DNA from: Acidimicrobiales bacterium
GTDB lineage: Bacteria; Actinomycetota; Acidimicrobiia; Acidimicrobiales; Aldehydirespiratoraceae
NCBI GenBank assembly: GCA_021604885.1
Contig: BQJV01000002.1
Coordinates: forward strand, 1 to 40,942
Reading direction: 5' to 3'
DNA length: 40,942 nt
Below are positions 40,351 to 40,942 of the stretch, piece by piece (the stretch's first letter is position 1; each line of letters starts with the position of its first letter). The translations under genes were made by a program, and so were the position numbers. The notes beneath the pieces were generated by a model. That model made no database searches. It was not told the DNA's origin and worked only from the letters and a program-made list of their open reading frames with translations.

Positions 40351-40764
40351 CTACCCGTCGGCCGGGGCCGCCGATTCGGGCTGGGTCCACGCCCGGTCGA
40401 AGGACACACGGACCTCGAGGTCGACGCCGCCGTCTCCGTGGCCGTCGTGACACGCGAGTCCGAGATCCTCGCCGTCGTCGTCCACCTCGATGCGGGACAC
40501 ACCCTGCCATGACTGCACGAGTTCGTCGTCGCGCCAGACGTTCCAGAACCGAACCGCGCCGCGGTCGGACGTTCGGATTTCGACGACGTCCGGGGCGGTG
40601 TCCGACCACAGGACGACCCGCTTCGCGGTGATGTCATTGACGCCGAGGTCGTGGTCGGCGTCGACGACGAGGCCCTGTGCGCGAGCATCGGTCGCCCGCG
40701 CGAGCGTCACGGTCATCGTGCAGTCCGATGGCGTCCCGACCTCGACGTGGTGGGTCGTGGTCAT
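40351..40764 (-). CDS. Hypothetical protein.
   Basis: The start is an internal ATG (cat at 40762-40764). The protein begins MTTTHHVEVGTPSDCTMTVTLARATDARAQGLVVDADHDLG and is 137 aa. Its ATG overlaps the upstream gene's stop (ATGA). Confidence 0.5.
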   Translation of the reverse strand: MTTTHHVEVGTPSDCTMTVTLARATDARAQGLVVDADHDLGVNDITAKRVVLWSDTAPDVVEIRTSDRGAVRFWNVWRDDELVQSWQGVSRIEVDDDGEDLGLACHDGHGDGGVDLEVRVSFDRAWTQPESAAPADG

Positions 40765-40942
40765 GTCGTCTGCGCGAACGGATCGATCGGCTCGTCGCCC
40801 CACGACGCCGTGCCGGTCGCTACGTCGACCCGGGCACGCTCGACCGCGCCGGTGATGGGGTTGACGCGCGACGGCGGCCGACCGGCACGGAGTCGATCCG
40901 CGTTGTCCGCGTCCCACCCGCCGGTCGTGGCGAGGTTCTTCC
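40761..40942 (-). CDS. C-terminal fragment of an unidentified protein; the gene enters from the right edge of the window.
   Basis: My hand translation of the minus strand reads KNLATTGGWDADNADRLRAGRPPSRVNPITGAVERARVDVATGTASWGDEPIDPFAQTT*. GC3 is high. The TGA stop at 40763-40761 overlaps the next gene's ATG. Confidence 0.45.
   Translation of the reverse strand, partial: KNLATTGGWDADNADRLRAGRPPSRVNPITGAVERARVDVATGTASWGDEPIDPFAQTT

Noticed and set aside
1-40942. CRISPR arrays, insertion sequences, integrases or prophage genes, especially at the borders of the lower-GC patches (17.4-18.6 kb and 28.25-30.55 kb).
   Set aside because: I saw no regularly spaced direct repeats and no transposase-, integrase- or recombinase-like ORFs. 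I also saw no flanking direct or inverted terminal repeats. The patches may be old acquisitions or simply compositional variation. My GC estimates come from a few hand-counted lines only.

Overview
This is a 40.9 kb, densely coding, high-GC segment of actinobacterial type. Hand counts on single 60-nt lines give about 67-73% G+C in most of the window. I support about 38 protein-coding genes. I found no rRNA, tRNA, CRISPR array, transposase or integrase. Many long ORFs in the track are antisense or out-of-frame artefacts of the high GC content, and several real genes start well inside the listed ORF; I re-derived those starts by hand.

Gene content from left to right:
- A truncated GNAT acetyltransferase gene.
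- An operon led by two tandem asparagine-synthetase-like paralogues that lack the N-terminal Cys, followed by a thioesterase-like protein and an F420/LLM oxidoreductase.
- A minus-strand array: alpha/beta hydrolase, MFS transporter and GluQ-tRNA synthetase.
- A secreted pectate-lyase-like protein and a HAD hydrolase.
- A single-chain double CoA-transferase and a VIT1 metal transporter.
- A DUF1800 / Tat-DUF1501 pair, with three SLH domains on the DUF1501 protein.
- A lower-GC islet holding a TetR-like regulator and an orphan Imm53-type immunity protein.
- An AMACR-like CoA-transferase coupled to a PLP-fold protein that has lost its catalytic lysine.
- HrpB helicase, an alpha/beta hydrolase and an enoyl-CoA hydratase.
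- A c-di-GMP and lipid block (details below).
- MaoC dehydratase, methionine aminopeptidase, a DUF4332 protein, an RNB ribonuclease, a DUF3048 protein, a DUF985 cupin and several unknown proteins.

The most system-like candidates are:
1. The c-di-GMP and lipid block at 24.8-34.2 kb. It contains a 1143-aa membrane PAS-GGDEF-EAL protein that appears co-transcribed with a LuxI/FeeM-like N-acyl synthase. It also contains a small 4-TM protein, a membrane fatty-acid desaturase, and a FIST (NosP-like) sensor upstream of a GAF-AGDEF-ESL protein.
2. The Cys-less AsnB-like operon at 0.3-5.5 kb.

All functional calls come from motif recognition by eye. No database search was possible.
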